A DNA stretch of 64,000 nucleotides from an uncultured Christensenella sp. GTDB lineage: Bacteria; Bacillota; Clostridia; Christensenellales; CAG-917. The position numbers were made by a program, and so were the translations under genes. Shown piece by piece: positions 50,935 to 60,113 of this stretch. The notes below the pieces were generated by a model. It did no database searches, was not told the origin of the DNA, and was given only the letters and a program-made list of their open reading frames with translations. The stretch covers positions 199 through 64,198 of the forward strand of contig CAJTYG010000006.1 in the NCBI GenBank assembly GCA_910584155.1. Reading direction: 5' to 3'. Positions within the stretch are counted from its first letter, which is position 1. Every line of letters begins with the position of its first letter.

Positions 50935-51798
50935 TTAAATCGTCTTTAAATACTGTCTGAATTCGTCCCGCAGGTTTTCGTCTCTCAAGGCAAACTCGAC
51001 CGTAGCCTCGAGATAACCCTCTTTGTTGCCTATATCGTATCTGCGCCCCTCAAACTCGTATGCGCACACGCCCTCGCTCTTTGCAAGCAGAGTAATAGCG
51101 TCCGTGAGATATACTTCGCCGTTGTCGGATATAGGCGCCTTATCTATTGCGTCGAATATGCTCGGCGAAAGTATAAATCTACCGAGCGATACGAGCTTGC
51201 TCGGCAAAGCGCCCTTCGGCTTTTCCTCTATGCCCTTCACCTCGGTGAGTCTGTCCGAAATGCTCTCGCCCGTTATCATAACTCCGCAACGGTGCGCAAC
51301 CTCGTCTGGCACGCACTGACAGCCGACTATGCTCTTTCCGCCTGCGCTCTCGTATGCGTCTATAAGCTGCTTTGTGACCGGTGCGCCGTCGCCCGTATAG
51401 ATAACGTCGTCGCCAAACAGAACCGCAACAGGCTCGCCCTTTGCAAAGCTTTTGCCTATCCGCACCGCCATTCCGTTGCCGTTCATCACCTTTTGCACCG
51501 CAAACTTTATCTTTGCGCCGTAATCACGGTTGGCAAGCGCAAAGCTTTTGTCGTCCTTTCTGTCCGCAAGCAATGCGTTTAAAGGCTCGTTTGGCTTAAA
51601 CAGCTTTTTGATATATTGCTTTTGCGGCGACAGAATTATCAATATTTCTTCAATGCCCGATCTGACAGCCTCGTCGATTATGTGCGACAAAGCAGGTGTG
51701 TCTATGATGGGCAGCAGCTCCTTTGGCAAAACCTTTGTCACAGGCAAAAACCTTGTTCCAAATCCTGCGCAGGGGATAATAGCTTTTTTTACTGACAT
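50935..51798 (-). CDS. galU: UTP--glucose-1-phosphate uridylyltransferase
   Basis: GFGTRFLPVTKVLPKELLPI motif. ATG at 51798 follows a GAGGGAAGGA RBS. Confidence 0.92.
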   Translation of the reverse strand: MSVKKAIIPCAGFGTRFLPVTKVLPKELLPIIDTPALSHIIDEAVRSGIEEILIILSPQKQYIKKLFKPNEPLNALLADRKDDKSFALANRDYGAKIKFAVQKVMNGNGMAVRIGKSFAKGEPVAVLFGDDVIYTGDGAPVTKQLIDAYESAGGKSIVGCQCVPDEVAHRCGVMITGESISDRLTEVKGIEEKPKGALPSKLVSLGRFILSPSIFDAIDKAPISDNGEVYLTDAITLLAKSEGVCAYEFEGRRYDIGNKEGYLEATVEFALRDENLRDEFRQYLKTI

Positions 51799-51880
51799 TA
51801 TTCCTTCCCTCATTATTTACAGCCGTACAGCGAAAACGTCCCGTTTTCGGTACCGCCGCTGTCATATAGTATATTTATAA

Positions 51881-52867
51881 TCACTTGTTATATCCGTTTT
51901 TGTGCGTGGAATGCCATTTCCAAGCCGAGGATATTATGCTTTCAAGGCTGTCATACTGCGGCTTCCAGCCAAGCTCTCTCTTGATTTTTTCGCTTGAAGC
52001 GACCAAAGTGGCAGGATCGCCCGCACGGCGACCTTCGACGCTGCGCTTGATGGAAAGCCCCGTGACCTTTTCGGTCATATCGATGACTTCCTTTACGCTG
52101 AAGCCGTTGCCGTTGCCGAGATTGTAGTGCGTTGATTTTCCGCCGTTTTTGAGGTAATCGAGCGCACGGATATGTGCGTCGGCAAGGTCGGTGATATGGA
52201 TATAATCACGCACGCACGTGCCGTCGGGCGTGGGATAATCGTCGCCGTAAATGCCTATGTGGTCTCTCGTGCCGTTTGCCACCTGCAATATGATGGGGAT
52301 AAGGTGCGATTCGGGGTTGTGAGCCTCGCCTATCTCGCCGCTTCTGTGAGCGCCTGCCGCATTGAAGTAGCGCAGCGCCACGTATTTAAGCCCGTATGCC
52401 TTGTCATAGTCCTGCATAAACTGCTCCATCATCAGCTTTGTCTGACCGTACACGCTCGTGGGGTTTTGAGGACTATCCTCGGTGATGAGCCCGTCGCCGC
52501 AGTCGCCGTAGGTCGCAGCAGAGGACGAAAACACAAGATATTTCACATTTTCTGCGATCATAGCGTCAAGCAAAGCAAGCGTGCCTGCGACGTTATTGTG
52601 ATAATACTTTGCAGGGTTTGTCATGCTTTCGCCGACAAGCGAATAAGCCGCAAAATGTATGACGGAATCCACTTCATATTCCCTGAAGGTTTTACGCAGA
52701 AGCTCCACGTCAAAGATGTCGCCCTTGACAAACGGAACGTCGCTCGGTACCGCCTCGATATGTCCCGTGACAAGGTTGTCATAAACTACAACGCCTATGC
52801 CCCTCTCTTTGAGCTCTCTTACGCAATGAGAGCCGATATAGCCTGCACCGCCTGTAACCAAAATCAT
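51881..52867 (-). CDS. galE: UDP-glucose 4-epimerase
   Basis: 328 aa with GGAGYIGSH Rossmann motif and YGQTK catalytic YxxxK. Confidence 0.92.
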   Translation of the reverse strand: MILVTGGAGYIGSHCVRELKERGIGVVVYDNLVTGHIEAVPSDVPFVKGDIFDVELLRKTFREYEVDSVIHFAAYSLVGESMTNPAKYYHNNVAGTLALLDAMIAENVKYLVFSSSAATYGDCGDGLITEDSPQNPTSVYGQTKLMMEQFMQDYDKAYGLKYVALRYFNAAGAHRSGEIGEAHNPESHLIPIILQVANGTRDHIGIYGDDYPTPDGTCVRDYIHITDLADAHIRALDYLKNGGKSTHYNLGNGNGFSVKEVIDMTEKVTGLSIKRSVEGRRAGDPATLVASSEKIKRELGWKPQYDSLESIISSAWKWHSTHKNGYNK

Positions 52868-52948
52868 AAATTACACTCCTTGTGCGGCGGCAAATTGCGG
52901 AAATAATGACCGCAAATACACGCACGCCCGCACTATAAATAAAATGCT

Positions 52949-54244
52949 ATGAAATATTATATACTTCAACCTGTTGTTTTGCAAGCCAAAAATGTGTATA
53001 ATAATGTCGTGGACAAAACAATTTTGCATTGCGACCTAAACAACTTCTACGCCTCGGTAGAACAGAAGCTGCATCCCGAATACGACGGGCTGCCGCTTGC
53101 CGTTTGCGGAAATCCCAAAATGAGGCACGGAATAGTGCTTGCAAAAAATCAGCTTGCAAAGCAGGCGGGCGTGCAAACGGGCGAAGCAATTTGGATATCA
53201 AAGCAAAAATGCCCCGATATCGTCTTTGTTGCGCCGCATTTCAACGAGTACGTAGCAATATCGAAAAAGGTTTTTGACATCTATACTTCCTATACGGACA
53301 GAGTGGAAAGCTTCGGTATAGACGAATGTTGGCTTGACGTGACAGGCTCAAAAAACCTCTTCGGCGACGGGAAGACTATCGCCGACGAGCTTCGCAGCAG
53401 GATAAAGCAGGAGCTTGGGCTGACTATATCCGTCGGAGTATCCTTTACAAAAACGCTTGCAAAGCTTGGCAGTGACTTGAAAAAGCCCGATGCAACCACC
53501 GTCCTCGACAGGCAAAGCTATATGCAGCGGATAGGCAATATGTCGCCGTCGGAGCTTATTATGATAGGCAAACGCACGGGACAAAAGCTTGAAGCGCTGA
53601 ATATCCACACCATAAAACAGCTTGCCGAAGCAGACAGACAAATGCTGCGCTACCACTTCGGCGTGATTGCAGACAATATGATAAACGCAGCGCTCGGCAT
53701 AGAGACTGAAGAAGTCAAAAAATATTATGAGCACCGAGTGCCCAAAAGCGTATCCAACGGCACTACAACCCCACGTGATATCAACGACAAAGAGGAAGCG
53801 AAAATAGTAGTATACGCTCTGTCCGAAATGGTTGCGACACGGCTTCGCAAATACAATCTCGTCGCAAACGGAATTTCCTTTTCCATAAAGGATCCCGACC
53901 TGAAATGGGTATCAAAGCAAGCCCCTCTCGAGTTTCCCACTTCAAGCGCAAACGTCATAGCGGAAAAGGCTATGGAGCTGCTCATCAAAATGCACAGGTT
54001 TGACACGCCGCTTAGAGCTATCACCGTCGGCGCAATACGTCTTAGCAGCTCTGCCGAAATGCAACTGAGCATATTCGATCCGCAGGACGACAGACAAAGC
54101 AAGCTTGATAAGAGCATTGACAGAATAAGAGATAAATACGGCTACAGCGCAGTAAAAAGAGGCATTTTGCTTGACGACGAGCTCACCGTCAATCTGCACG
54201 ACGACGATGATTTCAGACCGTTTCATCAGTCAAAAACTACATAA
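52949..54244 (+). CDS. dinB: Y-family DNA polymerase IV
   Basis: 431 aa with ...ILHCDLNNFYASVEQ... and ...SIDECWLDVTG... motifs. Confidence 0.9.
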   Translation: MKYYILQPVVLQAKNVYNNVVDKTILHCDLNNFYASVEQKLHPEYDGLPLAVCGNPKMRHGIVLAKNQLAKQAGVQTGEAIWISKQKCPDIVFVAPHFNEYVAISKKVFDIYTSYTDRVESFGIDECWLDVTGSKNLFGDGKTIADELRSRIKQELGLTISVGVSFTKTLAKLGSDLKKPDATTVLDRQSYMQRIGNMSPSELIMIGKRTGQKLEALNIHTIKQLAEADRQMLRYHFGVIADNMINAALGIETEEVKKYYEHRVPKSVSNGTTTPRDINDKEEAKIVVYALSEMVATRLRKYNLVANGISFSIKDPDLKWVSKQAPLEFPTSSANVIAEKAMELLIKMHRFDTPLRAITVGAIRLSSSAEMQLSIFDPQDDRQSKLDKSIDRIRDKYGYSAVKRGILLDDELTVNLHDDDDFRPFHQSKTT

Positions 54245-54550
54245 TACAAAAAAAAATTTACATAATTGAAACACGTATCGTGTCTACACGTATCGTATTT
54301 TATATGTATTTCGTGTACAAATCTCAGTTTAAAAGCGTCAAAGCACAATATTTATGGATAGTTTTCCACAAGCAGCACTAATTAGGCTCATCATATAAAA
54401 CCTAGTACACGCATGGTGTATTTATCGATTTTGTACAGGTTTGATACAAGTGTATATTAAAATAAAATACTTCTATTATATTTACATTAAAACAAATTTT
54501 TGCTATCCTAATTGTGGCTTGCAAAACGGCAGGTCAAAGGCTAACGAAAC

Positions 54551-56272
54551 ATGATCGCAAATCAGATTTTATCTTTAACGGGCGTAAGCGCCACAGATAT
54601 AGCATCTTCCCTGCTGATATTGCTTGCAGGTATAGGCGTTTTTCTCATAGCCTGCAAGATGATGAGCGCCAACCTTGAATCGCTAAGCTCAAACAAGCTC
54701 AAAGCTCTTTTTGCAAAGACCTCAAAAAGCAAGCTCATAGGCGTAGGTATAGGCACGGTCGCAACAGCCGCAATACAAAGCTCGGGCGCAACCACCGTTA
54801 TGGTCATAGGCTTTGTCAACGCAGGCATCATGACGCTCATGCAGGCGGCAACGATAATCTTCGGCGCAAACATAGGTACGACCGTCACAGGTCAGATAGT
54901 GGCTTTGGGTATGTTCGGCACAAACAGCATATCCACAACAATAGTTTTTTCGGCATTTGCAGGCATAGGCGCATTTATAATGCTCTTTACAAAAAAGGAC
55001 GTCATTCAAAAAATAGGCGGAATTCTTGCAGGCTTCGGTATGCTGTTTGTCGGCTTAAATATGATGAGCGGCTCAATGGAGGACTTTGCAAACCTTGACA
55101 GTGTAAAAAATTTCCTTGCTTCCATATCCAATCCCCTGCTGCTCGTGCTCATAGGCACAGTGCTGACTGCGATAGTACAGAGCTCGTCGGTGATGACGTC
55201 TCTTGCTATAACGATGGTGTTTACAGGGCTTATAACACTCGATCAAGGCATTTATCTCACGCTCGGCTCAAACATCGGCTCCTGTATGGTCGCTATCATA
55301 GCAGGCATAGGCAGCAGCACAAACGCAAAGCGAACGGCGCTTATTCATCTCATTTTCAACGTCACGGGCGTGGTGATATTTATGCTCATAGGCATGATAA
55401 TGCGTGAGGCGTCACACCATGCGGTCACATTCGGATTACTGTTTGAAAAGATGTTCCCAAATGCGTTGAATACTCAAATGGCTATGTTCCACACGATATT
55501 TAACGTGGCGACGGTCATACTCATTTTGCCGTTTACAAATCTGCTTGTAAAGCTTGTTACAAAGATAATTCCCGACCGCAAAAAGAAGCAGGACGCAAAT
55601 GCGCCGCATCTGTATTATATAGACGAGCACCTGCTATCCACTCCCCCTATCGCCGTGCAGCAAACCAAAAACGAGATAGTAAATATGGCGGAAATCGCAA
55701 TGCGCAACTTTACGCTTTCCTGCGACACCGTATGCACGATGAATTTTAAGGATATAGAAACCTTCCGCACAAACGAAAATCAGTTGAACTTTCTCAACAA
55801 AGAGCTTGTTCGCTTTATCATAAAGCTGACAAAGCTTGAAATGAGCGACGCAGACCGCACCTATCTATCGTCCGCACTGCATTCCATAACCGACCTTGAG
55901 CGCATAGGCGACTATGCTGAAAATATCATCGAATATGCCGAAAGAATGTCGGCAGCAAACGAAGCGTTTTCAGAGGACGCCATTGCCGAAATAAAGGATA
56001 TGCAGCTGCTTATAGACGAACTGTATCAAAAGGTGATGAAAGCATACGTCAACGGCGACAGAACGTCTTTAAACGAGGCGTATGAAATAGAGGAACAAAT
56101 CGACGACTTCACCGAAAAAATGCAGGAAGGTCACATCAAGCGTATGGACGAGGGCGTCTGCACGTCGGATATAGGCGCACAGTACATGTCGCTTGCGTCA
56201 AATGCGGAGCGTGTTGCAGACCACTTCATAAACGTCGCAAAAACAATAAAAGACTATGCGGTCAAAGGATAA
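54551..56272 (+). CDS. Na/Pi cotransporter family protein with C-terminal PhoU-like repeats
   Basis: 573 aa with the NptA-type duplicated TM core (QSSGATTVM / QSSSVMTSL) and two PhoU-like helical repeats. Confidence 0.88.
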   Translation: MIANQILSLTGVSATDIASSLLILLAGIGVFLIACKMMSANLESLSSNKLKALFAKTSKSKLIGVGIGTVATAAIQSSGATTVMVIGFVNAGIMTLMQAATIIFGANIGTTVTGQIVALGMFGTNSISTTIVFSAFAGIGAFIMLFTKKDVIQKIGGILAGFGMLFVGLNMMSGSMEDFANLDSVKNFLASISNPLLLVLIGTVLTAIVQSSSVMTSLAITMVFTGLITLDQGIYLTLGSNIGSCMVAIIAGIGSSTNAKRTALIHLIFNVTGVVIFMLIGMIMREASHHAVTFGLLFEKMFPNALNTQMAMFHTIFNVATVILILPFTNLLVKLVTKIIPDRKKKQDANAPHLYYIDEHLLSTPPIAVQQTKNEIVNMAEIAMRNFTLSCDTVCTMNFKDIETFRTNENQLNFLNKELVRFIIKLTKLEMSDADRTYLSSALHSITDLERIGDYAENIIEYAERMSAANEAFSEDAIAEIKDMQLLIDELYQKVMKAYVNGDRTSLNEAYEIEEQIDDFTEKMQEGHIKRMDEGVCTSDIGAQYMSLASNAERVADHFINVAKTIKDYAVKG

Positions 56273-56278
56273 GATATT

Positions 56279-56869
56279 ATGACGCTGCCTCTTACGTTGG
56301 CGCTTGCCACCAACAACAAACACAAGCTACAGGAAATCCGTTCCATTCTTAACGGTCAGTTTGAAAAGCTGCTTTCGCTTGAGGAATTGGGCATAAACGT
56401 AGATATCGAAGAAACGGGCGCTACCCTCACGGAAAATGCCCTTATAAAGGCAAGAGAAATAGTGAAGCTCACAGGTATGCCCGCACTTGCGGACGATACG
56501 GGGCTTATGGTCGACGCACTCGACGGTGCTCCGGGCGTATATTCGGCACGCTACGCAGGCGAGGAGCACAACGACAAGGCAAACAGGATGCTGCTTCTCA
56601 AAAATTTGCAAAACGCAAAAAGCCGTTCCGCCCACTTTGCCACAGTCATCGCACTCTGCTATCCCGACGGGACGTATCTTCTTGCCGACGGCAAGGTCGA
56701 GGGCGAGATAATATTTGAGGAAAGAGGCGAAGGCGGTTTTGGATACGACAGCATTTTCTACTCGCACGAGCTCGGCAAAACTCTTGCGGAAGCTACGCCG
56801 GACGAAAAAAACTCGGTCAGCCACAGAGGCAGAGCATTGCGAAATATGCTCAAAATGCTGCAAAAATAG
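56279..56869 (+). CDS. rdgB: non-canonical purine NTP pyrophosphatase (RdgB/HAM1)
   Basis: 196 aa with ...ATNNKHKLQEI..., ...DDTGL.VDAL.G.PGVYSARY..., ...FGYD.IF.... Confidence 0.92.
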   Translation: MTLPLTLALATNNKHKLQEIRSILNGQFEKLLSLEELGINVDIEETGATLTENALIKAREIVKLTGMPALADDTGLMVDALDGAPGVYSARYAGEEHNDKANRMLLLKNLQNAKSRSAHFATVIALCYPDGTYLLADGKVEGEIIFEERGEGGFGYDSIFYSHELGKTLAEATPDEKNSVSHRGRALRNMLKMLQK

Positions 56870-56872
56870 CCT

Positions 56873-57337
56873 ATGCGTACTATAGTTGCATTTTCAGACA
56901 GTCACCACGCCACCCTGCCGCAAAAGCTTCTGGACGTGGCAAACGAAGCCGATTTCGTATTCTTTTTAGGCGACGGCAGTATGTCGCTTGACGATTTGCT
57001 TTTCCATAAAAATCTAATTATCGTAGACGGCAACTGCGATCCGCCATGCTTCGGCAATGAAAAGATGATAGAAGTCGAGGGAGTGAAAATTCTGCTTACG
57101 CACGGGCATATATACTCTGTAAAACGTGATTTGTTGCCGCTCGCACTGCACGCAAAGGAATTAAACTGTCAGGCAGTGTTCTACGGGCACACGCACCAAG
57201 CGGAAATATCCGAATATGACGGTGTAACGCTCATCTGCTCGGGCTCGCCCTGCTACCCGAACGGAAATTTTGCCTCATACGCTTACGCCGTAGCGCACGA
57301 CGGAAAATTAACCGCTAAAATCGTAAACATAACTTAA
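56873..57337 (+). CDS. YfcE/MJ0936-family metallophosphoesterase
   Basis: 154 aa with SDSH, GDG, THGH and GHTH motifs. Confidence 0.88.
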   Translation: MRTIVAFSDSHHATLPQKLLDVANEADFVFFLGDGSMSLDDLLFHKNLIIVDGNCDPPCFGNEKMIEVEGVKILLTHGHIYSVKRDLLPLALHAKELNCQAVFYGHTHQAEISEYDGVTLICSGSPCYPNGNFASYAYAVAHDGKLTAKIVNIT

Positions 57338-57343
57338 ATTTTG

Positions 57344-57372
57344 TTGACATCAATGCCTGAATATGATAATAT
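57344..57372 (+). promoter_or_regulatory. sigma-A-type promoter for the tRNA operon
   Basis: TTGACA (57344-57349), 17-nt spacer, TAATAT (57367-57372), about 55 nt upstream of the first tRNA. Confidence 0.6.
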
Positions 57373-57425
57373 TTTCAAGCATCAAATAATAAATCACTCA
57401 AGTGCCGCTTCGGCAATGCAGTTAT

Positions 57426-57499
57426 GCGGGTGTAGTTCAATGGTAGAATCTCAGCCTTCCAAGCTGATTGCGTGGGTCCGATTCCCATCACCCGCTCCA
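57426..57499 (+). tRNA. tRNA-Gly (anticodon UCC), CCA encoded
   Basis: Cloverleaf folded by hand. Acceptor gcgggtg/cacccgc, anticodon loop cuUCCaa, 4-nt variable region, T-loop reads UCCGAUU (non-canonical C55). Confidence 0.85.
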
Positions 57500-57531
57500 A
57501 ACCACTTCAAGTGGACAGCCGATTGGCATTT

Positions 57532-57608
57532 GAGCCTGTAGCTCAGCAGGATAGAGCAACGGCCTTCTAAGCCGTGTGTCGGGGGTTCGAATCCCTTCAG
57601 GCTCGCCA
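57532..57608 (+). tRNA. tRNA-Arg (anticodon UCU), CCA encoded
   Basis: Acceptor gagcctg/caggctc, anticodon loop cuUCUaa, T-loop ttcgaat. Confidence 0.88.
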
Positions 57609-57611
57609 GAT

Positions 57612-57689
57612 GGTGGATATAGCGCAGTTGGTTAGCGTGCCAGGTTGTGGCCCTGGAGGTCGTGGGTTCGAATCCCACTATTCACCCCA
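57612..57689 (+). tRNA. tRNA-His (anticodon GUG) with encoded G-1, CCA encoded
   Basis: Extra 5' G opposite discriminator C, anticodon ...gttGTGgc..., T-loop ttcgaat. Confidence 0.88.
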
Positions 57690-57791
57690 CAGCTCAACTC
57701 ATTGCACTCCAATGGGTTGAGCAAAAAATTTAAAATAACACAGTCAATGCCTTGCTTTTTTTGACGACAAGTGTTATCATAGCTTGCAAAT

Positions 57792-57866
57792 AGGGGTATC
57801 GCCAAGCGGTAAGGCATCAGATTTTGATTCTGACATTCGTTGGTTCAAATCCAGCTACCCCTGCCA
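57792..57866 (+). tRNA. tRNA-Gln (anticodon UUG), CCA encoded
   Basis: aggggtatcgccaagcggtaaggc... typical Gln D-arm, anticodon loop uuUUGau. Confidence 0.88.
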
Positions 57867-57869
57867 AAC

Positions 57870-57945
57870 GACTCACTAGCTCAGCAGGTAGAGCACCGCA
57901 CTTTTAATGCGATGGTCCGGAGTTCGAATCTCCGGTGGGTCACCA
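57870..57945 (+). tRNA. tRNA-Lys (anticodon UUU), CCA encoded; integration target of the island
   Basis: Acceptor gactcac/gtgggtc, anticodon loop cuUUUaa, T-loop ttcgaat. Confidence 0.9.
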
Positions 57946-57948
57946 AAA
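57936..57948 (+). repeat. attL-like direct repeat TGGGTCACCAAAA (tRNA-Lys 3' end)
   Basis: Identical 13-mer recurs at 63002-63014. Confidence 0.7.
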
Positions 57949-57990
57949 CCCAACCTTATTCGAATACCGATTAGGTTGGGTTTTTGTTTT
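57946..57990 (+). terminator. terminator hairpin immediately after tRNA-Lys (island-borne)
   Basis: cccaacct / aggttggg stem, followed by TTTTTGTTTT. Confidence 0.7.
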
Positions 57991-58303
57991 GCCTATCTTC
58001 ACTATAATTGTATCAGTCATACCTTTTAATGTATTGAAATTCTTATTTTATAGTATAAAACTTTTTACTTCATAATACCCTCCACTTTTGCCTTACGTCA
58101 GTCCAATCGTAGCACAGTTCTCTGAGATGTCAACGGCTCATAAATTTGCTTTGGTTTTATGTCAAAGTATTTTTATTATTAGCGCAAATTTCTTCCATTT
58201 TGTTGACATCTCAATATTGATATACTCAATTTCCTGCTATTGAGCCAAACCCTGCTTCGATGTCCTTAGCCGCAAGGCAAATCAAAAATATGGAGGTTCA
58301 AAA

Positions 58304-58669
58304 ATGGACTACAAAATTTTAAAAGAAAAAATATCCTCGGATAACGTGCTTGCTATGGCAGAGCTCATTGCTCTTAATGAAACAAAGTATCTAATCGGCT
58401 ATATGGGCAGCCGTATGCAAAAGATTTATGCATACTTATATGCTGATAGAAAGCATAAAAACGAAGCACATTATGTACAAAGCGACGCCTATGATTTGGT
58501 ACAGGGATGTGCAGTATTTCTATGTGAAAGCTGCAATATCACGTGCGGTTTCTGTAAGCTGTTCGCTTGTCACCTTTGCATTTTTATCTCGCCATTCTTT
58601 CTGAATAGCATTGAAAGCCCTGTCTATGCTCAATTGGTTTTGACAAAACGAATTGCAAACTTCCTCTAA
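58304..58669 (+). CDS. hypothetical protein; probably only the N-terminal ~70 codons are genuine
   Basis: The N-terminal part looks protein-like. The C-terminal half is Cys/Phe-rich and antisense to a better-looking minus-strand ORF. Confidence 0.25.
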   Translation: MDYKILKEKISSDNVLAMAELIALNETKYLIGYMGSRMQKIYAYLYADRKHKNEAHYVQSDAYDLVQGCAVFLCESCNITCGFCKLFACHLCIFISPFFLNSIESPVYAQLVLTKRIANFL

Positions 58670-58720
58670 TCCTCTGAAAAATTGCGGTATTTGTGCCAAA
58701 TCTATATGTATTTCCTGCAT
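58520..58720 (-). CDS. small helical hypothetical protein (66 aa) immediately downstream of the LRR gene
   Basis: The ATG lies 1 nt after the LRR stop codon. Composition is balanced and helical. Confidence 0.35.
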   Translation of the reverse strand: MQEIHIDLAQIPQFFRGLEEVCNSFCQNQLSIDRAFNAIQKEWRDKNAKVTSEQLTETARDIAAFT

Positions 58721-58721
58721 A

Positions 58722-60068
58722 TTATTCTCCCTTTTTTCTTCTTTTTACTTTGCATCTCTTTGGAAACGTATCTTTTATATATTTAAAATCATGCGGAACA
58801 CTTATAGTTTTTAAATAAGGACAACTTGAAAATACTCCTCTTTCAATAGCCATTTTGCTATTTAAAATAATTACACTCGTAAGCCCGCAGCAACCTTCGA
58901 ACGCCTTATAGCCTATGCTCGTCACGCTGTCGGGAATTGTTATGCTCGTTAGCCCGCTGCAGCCATCGAACGCCCTATCGCCTATGCTCGTCACGCTGTC
59001 AGGGATGGTTATGCTCGTCAGCCCGCTGCAACCATAGAACGCCCGTTCGCCTATGCTCGTCACACCGTCAGGAATAGTCACGCTCGTCAGCCTGCTGCAA
59101 CCTTCGAACGCATAAGAATCTATGCTCGTCACGCTGTCGGGAATCGTTATGCTCGTTAGCCCGCTGCAACTTTCGAACACACCATTACCTATGTTCATCA
59201 CGCCGTCGGGAATAGTCACGCTCGTCAGCCTGCTGCAACCGTTGAACACACCTCTACCTATGTTCATCACGCCGTCGGGAATAGTCACGCTCGTCAGCCC
59301 GCTGCAACCTTCGAACACATAAGAATCTATGCTCGTCACGCTGTCGGGAATCGTTATGCTCGTTAGCCCGCTGCAATCTCTGAACGCACTATTACCAATG
59401 CTCGTTCCACCTGTTATGATTACCTCTTTTAAACCGCTTGGAACATAGTTTAAATTATCACGATAATTTTTTGCTCCGAATATATATCCAAAGTGTGTAT
59501 CAGTCGTATCATCTTTTGTTGCGCCAACAAACGGTATCGTTATGTTTGTAAGTCCGCTACAACTAGAGAACGCACTATCACCTATGCTCATCACACTGTT
59601 TGGGATCGTTATGCTCGTAAGCCCACTGCAACCATAGAACGCCCACTCGCCTATGCTCGTAACGCTGTCGGGTATCGTTATGCTCGTTAGCCCTGTGCAA
59701 CCATAGAACGCTCGCTCGCCTATGCTCGTAACGCTGCCGTCTGTTGGAATAACGCTATTTTTGCACCCTAATATAAGGGTTTTGGTTGCGGTTCCTATAA
59801 GGCAGTTATTTGCACTATAATATGTTGAATTGCCTTGTGCAATAGTAATGCTTGTAAGCCCGCTGCAACCATAGAATGCACCGGAGCCAATGCTCGTTAC
59901 GCTGTCGGGGATAGTTATGCTCGTTAGATTACTGCAACCATAGAATACCAAATTGCTAATGCTCGTCACGCCATCGGGGATGGTTATACTCGTAAGCCCG
60001 TTGCAACTATAGAACGCCCACTCACCTATGCTCGTAACGCTGGCAGGAATAACCAGATCCTTTACCAA
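58722..60068 (-). CDS. BspA-type leucine-rich-repeat protein, probably 5'-truncated
   Basis: About 17 tandem repeats of roughly 23 aa (SITIPDSVTSIGxxAFxGCSGLT). No signal peptide. The reading frame stays open upstream to 60127 with no ATG; the listed start is a TTG. Confidence 0.6.
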   Translation of the reverse strand: MVKDLVIPASVTSIGEWAFYSCNGLTSITIPDGVTSISNLVFYGCSNLTSITIPDSVTSIGSGAFYGCSGLTSITIAQGNSTYYSANNCLIGTATKTLILGCKNSVIPTDGSVTSIGERAFYGCTGLTSITIPDSVTSIGEWAFYGCSGLTSITIPNSVMSIGDSAFSSCSGLTNITIPFVGATKDDTTDTHFGYIFGAKNYRDNLNYVPSGLKEVIITGGTSIGNSAFRDCSGLTSITIPDSVTSIDSYVFEGCSGLTSVTIPDGVMNIGRGVFNGCSRLTSVTIPDGVMNIGNGVFESCSGLTSITIPDSVTSIDSYAFEGCSRLTSVTIPDGVTSIGERAFYGCSGLTSITIPDSVTSIGDRAFDGCSGLTSITIPDSVTSIGYKAFEGCCGLTSVIILNSKMAIERGVFSSCPYLKTISVPHDFKYIKDTFPKRCKVKRRKKGE

Positions 60069-60113
60069 CTCGCCGTTAAGATATAAGTTGTGTGCATAAG
60101 ATAATGGATTTGC

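Noticed and set aside
51838-51853. Third copy of the 16-bp motif (GTCCCGTTTTCGGTAC) between galE and galU
   Set aside because: The left half-site is degenerate. The sequence is better explained by a local perfect hairpin, CGAAAACG-TCC-CGTTTTCG (51831-51849). Mentioned under the recA finding but not called as an operator.
52894-52917. Inverted repeat TTGCGG-N9-CCGCAA between the divergent galE and dinB genes as a LexA-type operator
   Set aside because: Only a 6-bp arm, with no resemblance to the recA-upstream palindromes or to CGAAC-N4-GTTCG. It could easily be chance.
58860-60060. Highly regular ~69-bp DNA repeats that could be mistaken for a CRISPR or tandem-repeat array
   Set aside because: The repeats are contiguous with no unique spacers, stay in frame, and translate to a 23-aa BspA-type LRR consensus. 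They are coding repeats.
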